A stretch of 64,000 nucleotides of DNA from Paraphysomonas bandaiensis. Its lineage: Eukaryota > Protista > Chrysophyceae. The translations under genes and the position numbers were made by a program. The notes beneath the pieces were generated by a model, which saw only the letters and a program-made list of their open reading frames with translations, had not been told where the DNA came from and made no database searches. Location of the stretch: contig CBFFRP010000219.1 in the NCBI GenBank assembly GCA_965644295.1, positions 179,834 to 243,833 of the forward strand. The letters run 5' to 3'. Below are positions 24,989-38,639 of this stretch, in pieces. The stretch's first letter is position 1. The number at the start of each line of letters is the position of its first letter.

Positions 24989-25475
24989 ACTATTAAGCAT
25001 TATATTTTACATGAGTGATATCGTTATACGTTTAAAAATAAATTATACGCAATACCCAAAACCAAGAAAACTAACGTTCATAAAGAAATAGCATAAAGGG
25101 TGCACCGAGAACCCATTTAGCATTGAACCCATCGAAAACACACAAAAATATTGAATGAAGGATATGTTATCTAAGGACACAATCCATGGAGACCAGATTG
25201 GAATCTTTGGAATTGATGTGCCAAGAAAAGGCACAATAGTACAAACGTACAAACAATTTGATATGGAACACATTTCACAATGCAGAACATAGTAGCGACT
25301 AAGTCTACCGTGAACATCATGTAAATATATTTACCTAGTCAAAGCATATAAAACCCAATAATATAGATATTTATTAAATAAATGCATCAGCACATCTACA
25401 ACAGTTACAAATCTGCGACAAGAAGAATGAAATTCTACACTAATCGTATTTAGTATACAGGCAGCATTCGCATCA

Positions 25476-26412
25476 CTATCTCTTCTTGTACAAACATGGC
25501 TGGATTGAATATGACTCATCTATTTCCAAAATTCTATTCGACTTGACGCCTTCAAGCATAAAAAACATTACATTGCTACTGTCTCTATCAACGATGTCAA
25601 ATCCAGCTTTCTTTAATACTTTAATAAACTGTTGTAGTCCTTTTCCTTCTGTTTCCTTTCCTTCAAAGCGACTTCTCACTTCCGCAATTTTGATACGACC
25701 GCCAACACGAAGAATTCTATTAGCTTCGCGCAAAAAGTCACCGACATTTGTTCCCATTAAGCTTAAGCAAAACACAACAATGTCTACTGACTGGTCGTCC
25801 AGCGGTACGTGTGAGATATCGCATGCCGTGACGCGAGAATTAGTAGACACAAGGTCAAATGAATGAGTCGTATTCTTGATTGACTCAGCAAGGCGGGCGT
25901 CTCCACAACCCATATCGGCTACAACAGCTCCTTTGTGCTTCGATTTTATCCACCCTATGATGCTGTCTAGAGGATTCAGTGGCCAATGCTTTACTTGTTC
26001 TCTAAATCCCTCATGGTACTGCAAATAAATTAATACAGGAGAAAATATTGGTTGTCCGGATACATACAATATCGAATAAACTTGTGTTGCTTTGAAACTC
26101 ATTGAACGCTTCCCGCCCAGAGCACGTATAGAGACGCTCATTGATGGTCCGAAATCTCGCACCTTCCAGTTTTTTCTGAAACTTTTGTTGCAGTAGTGAC
26201 AACTTACTGTGCTTCCCAGAAGTGGTTGAGACAGGTGAATCTTTATTTACTTTGTTAGCAGGTGATCTCGATGAGTTTTGAGTGCTCTTCTCAAGTTTAC
26301 TTATAAACGCTTGCTTCTTTCCTTTCACCTCGTGAAGTTTTTTGTTTGTTTTAGACTTGCGACCAGATTTAGATTTCCCCATTCTCTTTATAGTTGTTTG
26401 GGCTCTACCCAT
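25476..26412 (-). CDS. RRP8: Ribosomal RNA-processing protein 8 (LSU rRNA m1A methyltransferase), one intron
   Basis: KKLEGARFRTINERLYT, YHEGFREQVKHWPLNPLD, VADMGCGDARLA, VFCLSLMGTN, IAEVRSRF, PCLYKKR. Confidence 0.95.
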
Positions 26413-26801
26413 ACCATGCCTCTCTCTGTGGGAGTCAGATGATGGTGATGGTTCAGACTCTTCTTCATACGAGTGTGTGTTGTCAGTGATACAGAGCGAG
26501 GTCACCCATCAACCAATCAGCTCCCGATATCGGTATACAATACAGAATACATCATGTATATGATCACAGTGTACGTACCTACCGTACCTGAGGAATGTTG
26601 GTATCTTCAAGAGATTTTCAGTGATCCTCTTGTCTCATTGGTTGGTATTGTGTGGTTGATATAGAACGACTGGGCTGCTCCATCTTGTTTCATTATCTCA
26701 AGCTGGCATTATTTCTAGCTATTCCATACAGCGGCAAAAGGTATGTATTATAATATGAGACTCCAGTCAGCGTTGTTCATATTGTTACCTTTATTTAGAA
26801 A

Positions 26802-27749
26802 ATGGGCGAACAGCTTACTCTTAGAGGAACTCTTAAAGGACACAACGGATGGGTGACATCCCTTGCCACCACCCCTGAGGACCCTGACATGATTCTCTCT
26901 GCCTCCAGAGACAAGAGCGTCATTGTCTGGACCCTCACCAGAGAGGAGGGAAAGTACGGGTTTGCCCGTCGTGCTCTCCGTGGACACAACCACTTCGTCT
27001 CCGATGTTGTGATCTCTTTTGATGGTCAGTTCGCTCTGACCGGCTCTTGGGACGCCACTCTTCGTCTTTGGGACATCAACAGCGGCCGCTGCACACGCCG
27101 CTTTGTCGGTCACTCCAAGGATGTTCTCTCTGTTGCCTTCAGCGCTGACAACCGTCAGATCGTGTCTGGATCCAGAGACCGCACTGTCAAGCTCTGGAAC
27201 ACACTTGGGGAATGCAAGTTTACCATTGTTGAGGAGGGCCACTCCGAGTGGGTCTCATGCGTCCGCTTCTCTCCTTCTCCTGCTGCCCCTGTCATCGTCT
27301 CCGCTGGCTGGGACAAGCTTGTGAAGGTGTGGTCTCTCAGCAACTGCAAGCTCCGCAACAACCTTGCTGGACATAATGGTTACCTCAACACTGTTACCGT
27401 TTCTCCCGATGGATCTCTTTGCGCTTCTGGTGGAAAGGATGGTATCGCTATGCTGTGGGACCTCACCGAGGGAAAGAGACTGTACTCTCTTGAGGCTGGT
27501 GATATCATCCACTCCCTTGTCTTTTCCCCTAACAGGTACTGGCTCTGTGCCGCCACCTCTGAGTCCATCAAGATCTGGGACTTGGAGTCCAAGCGCATGG
27601 TTGACGAGATCAAGCTCGACATGCCTCCCATGGGAAAGAACGCCGTTGTTCCTTACTGCACTTGCCTCGCCTGGTCCGCTGATGGCACTGACCTCTTTGC
27701 TGGCTACACTGATAACGTCATTCGTGTGTACCACGCCAGCAGCATGTAA
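26802..27749 (+). CDS. RACK1: Receptor for activated C kinase 1 (WD40 ribosomal protein)
   Basis: [54 protein letters not shown]. Intronless CDS with biased codon usage; probable 5'-UTR intron 26740-26799 (gtatgt..tttag). Confidence 0.98.
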   Translation: MGEQLTLRGTLKGHNGWVTSLATTPEDPDMILSASRDKSVIVWTLTREEGKYGFARRALRGHNHFVSDVVISFDGQFALTGSWDATLRLWDINSGRCTRRFVGHSKDVLSVAFSADNRQIVSGSRDRTVKLWNTLGECKFTIVEEGHSEWVSCVRFSPSPAAPVIVSAGWDKLVKVWSLSNCKLRNNLAGHNGYLNTVTVSPDGSLCASGGKDGIAMLWDLTEGKRLYSLEAGDIIHSLVFSPNRYWLCAATSESIKIWDLESKRMVDEIKLDMPPMGKNAVVPYCTCLAWSADGTDLFAGYTDNVIRVYHASSM

Positions 27750-28264
27750 ATCACTTTCAGTGATGTGGTTATGGCTTTCGTATGTTAGATAATAGCATTG
27801 TTATATACTACAACATGCCGCTGTAGACTGCCAGCACACAGCTGGAGGAAGGAATAATTTGCTTTTATTTAGTGTTCGGAGGCAGAATCTAATAATGCAG
27901 GAATAAGCTGGAACCTTGACTATAACTTTTTAGTATGTAATCGACGAAAATGCGATACCGTTGTTTATAAGTAGAGCAAAGATAGTTGTAGGGCTCCGTG
28001 CGCTACGATAAGATTCTAGCCACAACTTGTAGTGTGTAGAATAGTGCACACATCTAAGTACAGCTGTGCCAGCCATGCCCAGTAGATGTGAACTTTCAGT
28101 GTTGCTCTAAAGTATACATCATCCAAAACTTAATATCTCAAGCAATAATATTGTTTGTCAACTAATTAATTGATACTATACTACGTACCAGGGCTGCGTA
28201 ACGATTAATTGCTGCAGATTACTTTATGTCCCTTTTTATTTTATTGCATTGCAATTTAATTGAT

Positions 28265-29394
28265 GGGATATATTTTTCGACCTAGTCAATTTGGTGGAAT
28301 ATCCTAGTCACACCAAAATTGGTGTAAAAACCTAGTCATTAAATAATTAGATTTTTAACTTCACAATGACTAGGTTGACTAGGTGGAATTGAGTATTCAC
28401 CTAGTCAAACAGGGGAGCATACTATAGCCATAAATTAAAATTCTATATGCCTCACACTTCGTCTTCACAGTCGAATGCAAATTGGGCTGTTTCTGATTAC
28501 CAAGTCCGGTGTAGCTCCACAGCAATCTTCATTTCATGGGCATCGAACCCCACAATCTTCGGATGAGCAAGGATGTCATCTGGAGCATAAGAAAACTGAC
28601 ACTGCCAGCGAAGAATTTTTTATTTCTGTGGTTCGGCACCACGCGGTAATCCACGCACATACCATTCAGGTACTGTGGGTGGCGAACATACGAGTTCTTC
28701 CAGTCCCCTGGCTTAAGAGCCTCCACATCTATGGGGTCATCGTTGATAAGTGCCCTGGCTGCATTGCGAGGCCGGCCGCGTTTCCTTGCATGCCTGATAG
28801 TGCTCGCCATGTGCTTTACTTCAATGTCCCCTAAGGACATAATTAATATATGTAAGGGTGTGTAAGTGACATACACATACCTCGCAAGTGATGTACGGCT
28901 AGGGAGTGGGAGCAGTATAATGTAGTTTGGTGTGTGAGAGGTTGTAGCGTGTTGTTGTCACACTTGTGCATGATAATTCATATAGTTATACTATTAAATT
29001 AAGTGATGCTGATAGACCTCCCCAGAGTACAAGGTTTCATCAATGTTTCTGAAGGCGACTGAAGGACATCCATGGAGATTGTGTTGAGAAAGAATGGTGT
29101 ACAAGCCTACTTGAGCATTGGAGAGAGCGATGGAGTCCTGCCCATGCTGTTATATCTTACTATATTACTGCTCTTTAGCTTTGTGTTCGCCTGATTTATG
29201 TTGTATTGATTTTAATTCACCTTCTCTGACCTCATGCTTCTGTAATTCGTAGCTATATGCGAGTACAATTCATGACTAGGTTTAATACTATAATTGGCTA
29301 GGTTGAGTCATTTATTGCTTTGACTAGGTTATTACACCAATTTTGGTGTGACTAGGAAAGTCCACCGAATTGACTAGGTTGAATAATATATCCC
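28265..29394 (-). mobile_element. Internally deleted Mutator (MULE) element
   Basis: Long imperfect TIRs gggatatatt.ttc.acctagtcaatt.ggtgga..; 10-bp TSD tttaattgat (28255-28264, 29395-29404). Residual spliced transposase C-terminus YCSHSLAVHHLR/GDIEVKHM..RKRGRPR (SWIM end plus AT-hook). Confidence 0.85.
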
Positions 29395-29459
29395 TTTAAT
29401 TGATACTAAACTCCGTACTCAAGTAGCTACACAATAGCTGCCAACATAGCAGCTTGTTC

Positions 29460-31850
29460 CAGGGCCTGGTAACCATTAATGGCCCATTAATGGTAGTTCA
29501 GTTCCCGGCAATTATAATGGCATTAATGAAAAAAGTCCCGGCAATTATAATGATGGCCATTAATACCTACTAACTTAAAGTAGATAACACCACTCATATA
29601 ATAGATAGTGTTGTGCTCCCTGAATTACTAATTTTTAGTTGAATAGCAGACTACAAATTAACTACTTCTCGCTCTCTACTGGCACATCAGGATCTTCTTG
29701 CAGGGCTTCATGGAGGGTATAATCATCCCACAACATGTAATTGGCTCGTAGGAATAGCAACGATTCTAGACGATATGGATTCATGTTTCTACGCTCAGGT
29801 GTCATAATCAACTTTGCACGACTATAAAGAGCCTCTCAACAACATTAGAATATGTGCTTCAATATGAAGCAAGCAGCGGTAGTTGGACTCATAGGTGTAC
29901 CAAGTCGAGCTCTCTTGGTGACCTCGGCGCTGTCTAGAACACGCTGTGCAAAATCAGTTCCTTCACTCTCGTCCTCGTTATTTCTGTCGGGTACACCAAC
30001 CTCCATGGAGGAATCCAGTTGCAAATGTCTAACTGCTCTTCTCTCATTGCTTGTCAACTCTCTTTCATCGTTCCCTTGAATTTTAGCCACCGCCTTCTCA
30101 AAATTTGCACTGGCAACAATGCTTGCATTCGGGGAAAGGTATGGATGCAGCTCTGGAAATACTTGTAGCAGCATATCAAATAACTGGCGGGCTTGTTGGT
30201 ACAAATTGGTTCCATCTCTTTGTAAGGCCAGCGTAACACTTTGCAACTTTTCAAGTTGCGTCAAAAATAGTTTCAGATCTCGAAATTTAGCTGGAGTAAG
30301 AATCTTATCTTCCAGGGTGTTTGGGAAATTACATTCACCAAGAAAAGGATGCAGTTTTACGTATTTAACCAGCATGTTGTATGTTGAAGACCACCGAGTC
30401 ATATTTCTTCTTTCCGGCTTTTTATGTTTGTCCTCTGTGCAACAAGCAAACTTGCATTCTTCAGCGTCCTTAGATCCTTCATCAATAAATCGATTCTTTC
30501 AATAATGGTAGAGAGGCCTGTCTGGTCGCAGAAAATATTTGCAATTACCAAATTCAGTCGATGTGAGTAGCAACCAACCATTGGCTTCTCCATTAGTTCA
30601 GCCAGTTTGCGATTTACTGCAGAGTTATCACACACAAGACAATCGACATTGGCAAGAGTTTTATTGAATCATTGCAGTTGATTAATGACATAATCTCCGA
30701 TATCAGCCGCAGTAAATTCAATACCAGGTAAATCGTTTTCGTCCGGTTGCTCTTGAGGTCCGCAGCATAGTAACACTCGAGTAACCCCAGCTTCATTTTC
30801 CTTGGACCACATTGCGAATATTGCAATATAATGATCTGACGTGCCATCACATGTCCACCCATCAAAAACTAGACCAAATTTATCTGGTAACATAATACTC
30901 AACTTCCTTTCCACGAGTATATGTGTGCGTTGTAAATATTTCATCACCGTCTTCACTGAGATGGGTGCTAAATTGGTGTTCTTCCGAACATACTTATTCT
31001 CCACGATAGAAAATGGTTCGTCGTTCATAACTATCCATTCCAGCCACCGAAATAAGTTCCTTGAAGCAGGAGATACTTTCTTTCTTACAAAGGACAATAA
31101 ATCGCCCCCGTGAAGTCTTTCACATCCCAAAATTCTCTCGAGTTCCTCTCGCCAAGAAAAATCCGCATGTTTGGTGCTCTTGGTAATATGGTTCACACAA
31201 CTCGTGTAATCTCGCCTTATATCCTGTTTAAGGCGGTTATTGCACAAAGAACAAATATGATACAGAGGATTCTCTGAATCCACTCGGAAGAAGACTCTGT
31301 AAATTACATTGCCATCAATTTTTTCGGCCATCATCGTTGCTTAATATGCTGTTTGTATTGCATATATATGGTATAAATACAGAGTATATTACTTCGCTTA
31401 GTTGTGTACTGCTGTAGCTTCTTTCAACTTTGGGGAAAAATAGTGTTTTTATGAATGTTTTTAGGTGAAATATGCATATTTTCAATGATTATTTTAGAGC
31501 TTTTGGGTATATGGGTACGTTGATGCATATGGATATCGTCAGGACACTATTCTCCAACTGTGGAATGCATTAAGAAGATAGTGAACAGAGTTGCCACAGA
31601 GTGCCTGTAGAGTTGCATGAATATTGTTTAGAGTTTCTTCGGAGTATAGAGAAGATACTATATTCTATATTATCTTAATAGCACTCAGTTCTATATTATA
31701 TAGCAGTGCAGGTCATTAATGGGATACCATTAATGGCCCATTAATGGTAGTCCAGTTTCCCGCAATTATAATGGCATTAATTAAAAAAGTCCCGGCAATT
31801 ATAATGGCATTACCATTAATGCCATTACCATTAATGGTTACCAGGCCCTG
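29460..31850 (-). mobile_element. hAT DNA transposon, full length, transposase disrupted
   Basis: Perfect 23-bp TIR cagggcctggtaaccattaatgg; 8-bp TSD gcttgttc (29452-29459, 31851-31858); subterminal ccattaatgg repeats. Confidence 0.95.
29662..31334 (-). pseudogene. hAT transposase pseudogene
   Basis: BED finger CSLC..H..H, FDGWT, CDNSAVN, GCYSHRLNL, TRWSSTY, SNVVERLF/SRAKLIMT..LESLLFLRANYMLW. In-frame TGA at 30669-30671 and several frameshifts. Confidence 0.9.
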
Positions 31851-33546
31851 GCTTGTTCACCTGTTATTTTATCATGTGGTGTCGATATAGCGATATAGTA
31901 ATTCTATCCTTCACCGTCCGGGCCACCTTTTCGAAGCAGCGTTATGAAAATCATGCTCATCTTCCTCCTGTAATGCTATTGACATACATTTTGAACTTTT
32001 AACTAGCTAGATGTAAACTCACTCCAATTATAACTTGCCAGTGTCAAAGGGCGGTATTTATGTTATCAATTACTTGCAATTAATTGACGGTTACTTGAAG
32101 CAAGCTGTAGTCAATAATAATAGCTATTATGATTTGCTATTCCTAATTTAATTACAATTAATTGATACGCAGCCCTGCTGTCAGTGTCTGTAATCTATTG
32201 AAAGCTGTATTTTAAGGTCTAGGAATTGTAGGCATTTTAAAATAACACAGTAGGGTAGTAGTGAGAAATTTAAATGAACGATGAGAGATGTTGATCTCAA
32301 TTGTAATAAGTGATTAGCTTCACTATGTCTTGTTCTCTAGGCCTGACTGTGTCCGTAGGATTGCATTAAAAGAAAATTAAGCTCTGTTGAGTATAATTAT
32401 ACTGTTCAATATAGATAATTACATATTATGGAATACACTGTAGGTGAGTAAACGATAGGATTTCAATCGTTGTGTTATTATATTTTTTACTGTTTTTTGC
32501 AATACGACATGATAAGAGTGAAAGTCTAGTTCAAAATTACAACACGGCGCAACGTTTGATTGATGATGATCATGTCTTAGCATCCATACGCGGCATAAAG
32601 CAACTGCATGACACAACCATAAGGTTAAAAGATTATTCAGTAGAGCTAATATTGTTATGACTGATTTGCGCAAGAGTATAAATCCACGGCATTTAGAGCT
32701 ACTTATATATTAGCATAAATCGTCGCCTCTAAAATAAAATTAATTGCTACGCAGCCCTGTGATGTAGATACTGTAGCATTACTACGTCTACTTGTATATT
32801 TCTAAGAGGCGTAGCATAGCAGTTTACAATCAACTTCTGAATTTCGTCATTGGTGACAGTTTACTTTTTGACGCTACTTTAATACTTGGTTCTATTTTAT
32901 ATTTTGAACCGTTACGAGTTAAGGAGAGCGCATAATAAAGCGTTCTCTCCGTTTATTCAATGTGCATTATGTAAATAAACGAGTTATTAAATAGAAAACG
33001 AGAGGTTTATGTACGGAAGTTGCGCCTACTAAGGCTACACACAAGATTTTAAAAGAATAAGTGGTGAGTCATGCCTAATATAGTAAGAAACTACAAGAAT
33101 TCCCTCCGACTTTTCTAGTACAAGAGCGATTAAACTCCTGCTTCTCGAGTATCTCGATTTTGTAGTATGAATTAGAGGAGACTCTATGTTGTTGTCGCGT
33201 GAACTCAGATTGCTATATGTTGACTCCATTATCTACCGACCATATCATTACATTCGTATTCTATGCATATCTTAAATACGACCGTGCAGCTGCCGTCACA
33301 GGCGAGTAGATCGTAGTCGGAAATAACCAGAACATGAAAGTCGTTGGTCCGCATCTCGAGGATGCATGTTATATGGAGATCACTCTCCAGGGCTTATACA
33401 GCATAACAGAGCACTTGTGTCTATCATGGCTACATACGTCAAGTTAACCCCCAGTATTACCAGCAGTGAGCAAGTGACTGGAGTGTATATTCCACAAGAA
33501 GGATATATATTACGTAAATAATTAGATATCATCATCTACAGCAAGT

Positions 33547-33619
33547 GATTCCGTGGTGTAGGGGTTATCACATGTCGTTAACACCGACAAGGTCGCCGGT
33601 TCGATTCCGGCCGGAATCA
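33547..33619 (+). tRNA. tRNA-Val (anticodon AAC)
   Basis: Acceptor gattccg/cggaatc, anticodon arm tgtcg-ttaacac-cgaca, T-arm gccgg-ttcgatt-ccggc, T-run Pol III terminator at ~33624. Confidence 0.97.
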
Positions 33620-33944
33620 TTCCTTTTTTATGGTGTAGTTTGGAATATATCCTACCGGTATACTGCTGGTGGTGCTGCTAAACGTATCTTTTTTTTGAGT
33701 AGGACCTACAGCAGTGTACAAGTATACCACACTCTGTATTAGCAGGTGTATGTGTAGGTGACACTGTACAGCAGTATGTGGATCTACGGCAGTACAGTAC
33801 AGAGTACAGTGTATATAACGTAATGAACAGCGAGAGGATTCGACAGCAAGCGAGCAGAGACCGACAGACAGACAGACAGACAGACAGACAGATAGAGAGA
33901 AGCATAAACGACACAAGGGGGGCATATAGTATATACACACATCA

Positions 33945-36900
33945 ATGCTTCGGTCTCGTGCTGTTTCAAGTGTTCAGCTTGTTGAGACAGGCTTAACCAA
34001 ACTATTCAAAACTATCGATGAGAATGGAGACGGCGTCCTCACTCAGGAGGAGTTCGTCAATGGAATACTCAATATTCGTTACTTGGATGTCAGTGCGGTT
34101 GAGGCTGCGAGATTATACGAGAGTCTGGACACTGAGTGCACCGGATCAATAACTCTGCGCTGTTTGTATAAGGTACACAGCATCATGTTCTCATAGTATC
34201 TTAGTGTCATGTCGTTATAGTCGTCACTGCGGTGGCGGTGGTTGCGTCGTGTGGTGAAAGTATTCCTCGCATGCCAAGAATGCTCCTTTCAGATTCCTGA
34301 CGACTACGATTATTCAAAACCCACGTGTGAGAATTACAAGGGGAATCCTGGTGTGTGTATATAGCGAGCTATCTCCAGTTTGTTATGCGTGCTATTTAGG
34401 GGAATTTGTTGGTGACTTTGTTAAAATCCGGGAAGAGCGAGATTATACCTACCATAATAACTACACACCGTGTAGGCAACTCTGGCAGGTGAACATTAAT
34501 AATAAAATTGCACTGTATATTTAAGAATGACTGTGGACAGGATATGGCTGTGAAATCATGTCTGGGTAAAACAGAGGCTCAGTCTCGTCCCTGGGTTGTG
34601 TATACCTGTGGGCCAATGGGTGTCGGAAAGGGTCACGTACGTGATACTAATTCTTCTATATTTTGACTGGTAGTAATATTCATCTGCAGGTACTAAGTTG
34701 GCTGTCTGAGCAAGGCCTATTCCCGCTTGAGTTCATTGTTCATGTCGACCCGGATTTTTTCAAGAGAATTATGCCCGAGGTGTGTATGGAATGTGATCAG
34801 TTTGCATGTCACGCATATTTTTCCTTCTTTCTTTGATTTGTCACTGTCTTTTCTAGTGGACCAACTATCTTTCCCACGCTGCCTCCGCGGAAGTGAGTAG
34901 TGAAAAACATGGCGAGCAGATTGCTGCCGGGTCTGCCTGCCACCTAGAGAGCGCATTCCTGCAGGAGATCACTATGGAGGCCGCTATGAGCGAAAGACAG
35001 AACGTATGGGTGGATGGAAGCCTATCCGATGGTGCTTGGTTTTCGAAGGTCACTTGTTGAATATCAGGAATGCAAAGAGTTGTGACTTTTACAACAGGAG
35101 TTCGACGATATACGAAATCGATTTCCTCACTACCGAATCGCGATCATATATATTACAGCCTCTGAGGAAACTGTCAGAGCGCGTATAGCGAAAAGATCTG
35201 CAGGTAAGTCAAGTGGGTAGCTTTCGACTTAACCGTCTTTGGAGAAGTACAATGCACTCGTATTCTGTAGAGACTGACAACCGTACCCTGCAGAAACGGG
35301 CAGGAGCATACCAGAGAGTCAAATTGTGCGCAGTCTGCAAAGTCCCGAAGCATCGATTCGACTATTAGCACCTAAGACTGATCTGGTGGTGCGCATAACT
35401 AATGAATCTGCGATAACGCTAACATCTGTTGAGGATTACTCTGGAAATTGGTATCGAGGTTAGTATTGTGTAATGCATTGCCTACTCATCGACCTATATA
35501 TCTGATTTCATTAACTGTTACAGGTTTACAAAAACACTTCGGAGTTATATCGAAACAACATCCCGACTTTCCATTCTGGTTGGGGCCCTTATATTTCGAG
35601 AATACGTCGTTAGTTGGCCGCCCTTTTATCGAAATTCCGTCACCTTACACTCTTACATGTGATGAAAACGAAGAAATATTGACTGGTGTATTGGACAAGG
35701 AGGTGAAGATAAGGCTAAACTGTATTAGCATTAATGCGAACGTGTCGTGTTATCAAAACAGTAGCTTATGGTATTGTATGTAGGGAAATATGATGCAGAG
35801 CTGGAAGTCTGTATATTTTGTTCTCACAAGAGGCAAGTTGTCGTATTACAGCAAAGGCGACAAGGTAGATATGAGAATTCTTGGTCTATGACTTACTTTG
35901 TGTTTGCCTATACTCAGCAACTGAAAGGTGTATATATTATTTCCAAGGAATCGACTGTGTCCTGCATGAACCAACCGCGTGATAATAGCAGTCCTAGTGC
36001 GAATTCTTTTCTAGGGGGGCGTAGCTCGGGTGTATTCAGTTTCGCACGGAGTGCGACCAATGCCTTCAATCTCACTGGGATTAAGGCAGATGGATCGCGA
36101 TATAGTGTCAATATCAACGCGGCAGTACCAGAAGAAAAAACGAAATGGATCAGTGCCTTGGAGGTCTCTGCATCCATATGCACTGTGTCTTCATTAAGTT
36201 AATATTAATGGTTAGGCACAAATAAACCTTGCAAAGAAAAAGGAACTGATCGAGTTAGGATATTACGATAAGAGTCACGATTTGTTAAAGCTAACGGATG
36301 AAGCCACCTACAATTCCCCAGACTTGCGAATTGTCAACAAGAGCATACCAGATTTTGCTATCACTGCCTCCAAACTATGTGCTATTGGGCTGGAAAAAGG
36401 TGCGACCAATGTGTTCTCTTTACACCTGTATATGGATATGTATTCATACTATGCGTTATAATGCAGCGGAGAGAGACATCGCTGGTTTTCCTCGTGATGC
36501 AACACACTTTAGGTGGCTTTTTCCGGTGCAAGGTAATCGCTAGATGTTAGGAACATGTGCTGATATGTTGAGTTGTTAAATTTAACTGGCTACTTTTTTG
36601 AAGGGTTTGATCCTGATGATCTTGAGGATGACATCATGTCATCAGATCCTGACATTGCTCTTATAATTAATGGAGGAACGGTGTGCTATGATAAAACAGG
36701 CAAAGTGCTGGCAGTGCGTTCCCTTTCAGAGCAGCAGACACAGCACATGATGACTTTCAGTGCCCCTGAACCCCTTAAACCGGAGGACTGTGACAGGTGG
36801 GTAAATTGTATTGAACTACATGCGATACACTCTGAGGCTGAGTACGGTTACGTATTGTTTAGACTGCACGCTGGTGAGAGATGGATCCCTATTCAGCACT

Positions 36901-37067
36901 CTGATTGGAGGAAAGTCGGGGCGAAGTACCAGGCTTATATCCTTCCACTAGAGGAGCTCCCTTCAAGGAGGTTCCCTCCATCTGGAGCACATGCGTTTTT
37001 GTTCCGTGAGCCCTCCGACCCTCCAGATCCCAGAGATAGATATTTTTCTCCAGTTTTAGAATACTAA
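33945..37067 (+). CDS. Multi-exon EF-hand + zeta-toxin-like P-loop kinase + PH-like protein
   Basis: EF hands DENGDGVLTQEEF and DTECTGSIT; Walker A YTCGPMGVGKGH; VHVDPDFFK; CHLESAFLQE; NVWVDGSL; PH end INAAVPEEKTKWISALE. Exon structure approximate; could be two genes. Confidence 0.7.
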
Positions 37068-37664
37068 GCGCTGTCATAAGCTTTTTCATGGCGGGATGCA
37101 CTTTCTTCGACGCATCGATGAATTACTACGATGTGATCATATAGCACTACTTCTCTGATTTGCATATATATTATGTTGAATGAGAATGTCCTTATATCCT
37201 AAGAGTCGCGATTCTAGTACTGCCGGTAAAGTACTACTTCTTTAATTAAGAATCGAGCTTGGATTCTCAGAAACTGTATAATCACTGCACTTTTCGAAAA
37301 ACTGTTTCCATTTTCGTAATGTTGTAGTGGTGTTTCTTCTAGTGCTTCCAGAAAATGTACAATTCATGCAGTGTCGTTGTAGTATACTCGAGTCACGGTA
37401 TACCTAACGAAGAGTTATAGAAGCTGAAATGTCTTGCCTTTTAGGAAAAAATATACCAGAAGAGTTATATAAATTGAGATATAGCTACAATTATATACTC
37501 TTAAGTTATAATTTAGTTCATACCGTCTGAATTAAATTTTAGCTCTCTAGGATAAAATTATTTAATTCCCTTTACATTTCACATGTGTTCCAACCGTTTA
37601 TTACTTATTAGTCAACGTGAGCACAAACTAGCACTCTAAGCAGCAGAGTCTGTCAATTGTTGAA

Positions 37665-38234
37665 TTTCGCTGTTAGTAGTGAATGTCTGATTATTTAGAG
37701 TCAGAACTCTAATGTAGCAAAACAATTTAACCAACTAGTGCTTAACGCTGATATCCTACAAAAGTGCTTGTGCGTCACCGCAAGCACCAAGGTGCAACCA
37801 CTTTCGCCCTCTGTCCTTAAGGTGAACAGCCCAGATGCTTGATTTCAGTAGGCAGCCCAATACCCCGAATGCCCGGATGTTTTTGAGATGGGCCCACTCC
37901 CGGATGCTTGACTTCAGCAGGCAGTCCAATACCCCGGATGCCTGTTATTCGTCAGGGCCCAAAGATGTCTACATAAGTGGCACTACTTAGTGTCCTTCTT
38001 TGTACCACACAAGCATTCGGCTATGAGTGGGCAGAACTATATCTGCTGACGTAGTATTCAACTAGCCGCTATATCGGAACGAGTTTTTAACGCCTATTGC
38101 TAAATAAAAAGACATTCAATATCTGCTGACAATATATATGCGGCTCTTATCTTCGGTACTTATATATATGAATATCTTCGGTACTTACCCCCAGAACACC
38201 ACGAAAAAGGTGCGAGTCCGACTTTGTTGAGGGG
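37665..38234 (-). mobile_element. Reverse-oriented copy of the ribozyme-headed retroposon with a nested tail insertion
   Basis: Reverse complement begins cccctcaacaaagtcggactcgcacctttttcgtggtgttctgggggtaagtaccg. A 68-bp tail (38051-38118, + orientation) is flanked by the 12-bp duplication atatctgctgac. Confidence 0.8.
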
Positions 38235-38639
38235 AATTAATTTCACTTTCAAAACCATCAAGAAATTCTGCCTGAGGCGCTATTAGTGTCACTCATGATG
38301 TAGCTATATATATCAATTTTATAAGAATGCACAGATATGAAAAGACATTAATATAATAACAACAGGCAGTAAATTCACAATATACCACATAGTGAAAATA
38401 GTTGCCTTTAAACCAAATGCACCTTAGTGTAATAATTGAAAGTCACCGTGAATGTCTGCTTATTAGCAGTAGTCATGTAAGAGTCAGAATGTCAGAACTA
38501 ATTTAGCGAAACAATTAACTAACTAGTGCTTAATTCTGATATCCTACTATTTAGCGCTACGAAAGTGCTTGTGTGTGATCCAGCAAACTGCAAATCTTTT
38601 CAAGATGCGATTTGGTTTCCAAACCAGTCGTTTTCAGTA

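Larger units (their letters stand above)
28189..32177. mobile_element. Outer hAT-like MITE (cagggctgcgta TIR) split by two younger insertions
   Basis: Left end cagggctgcgtaacgattaattg, right end caattaattgatacgcagccctg. Further orphan ends at ~23758 and ~32759. No matching TSD. Confidence 0.55.

Noticed and set aside
26748-27792. Long antisense and alternate-frame ORFs over RACK1
   Set aside because: Expected by-product of strong codon bias in a highly expressed gene.
30669-30671. In-frame TGA in the hAT transposase as recoding or an alternative genetic code
   Set aside because: The same ORF has several frameshifts and host genes use TGA as stop; simple decay (probably CGA to TGA) explains it.
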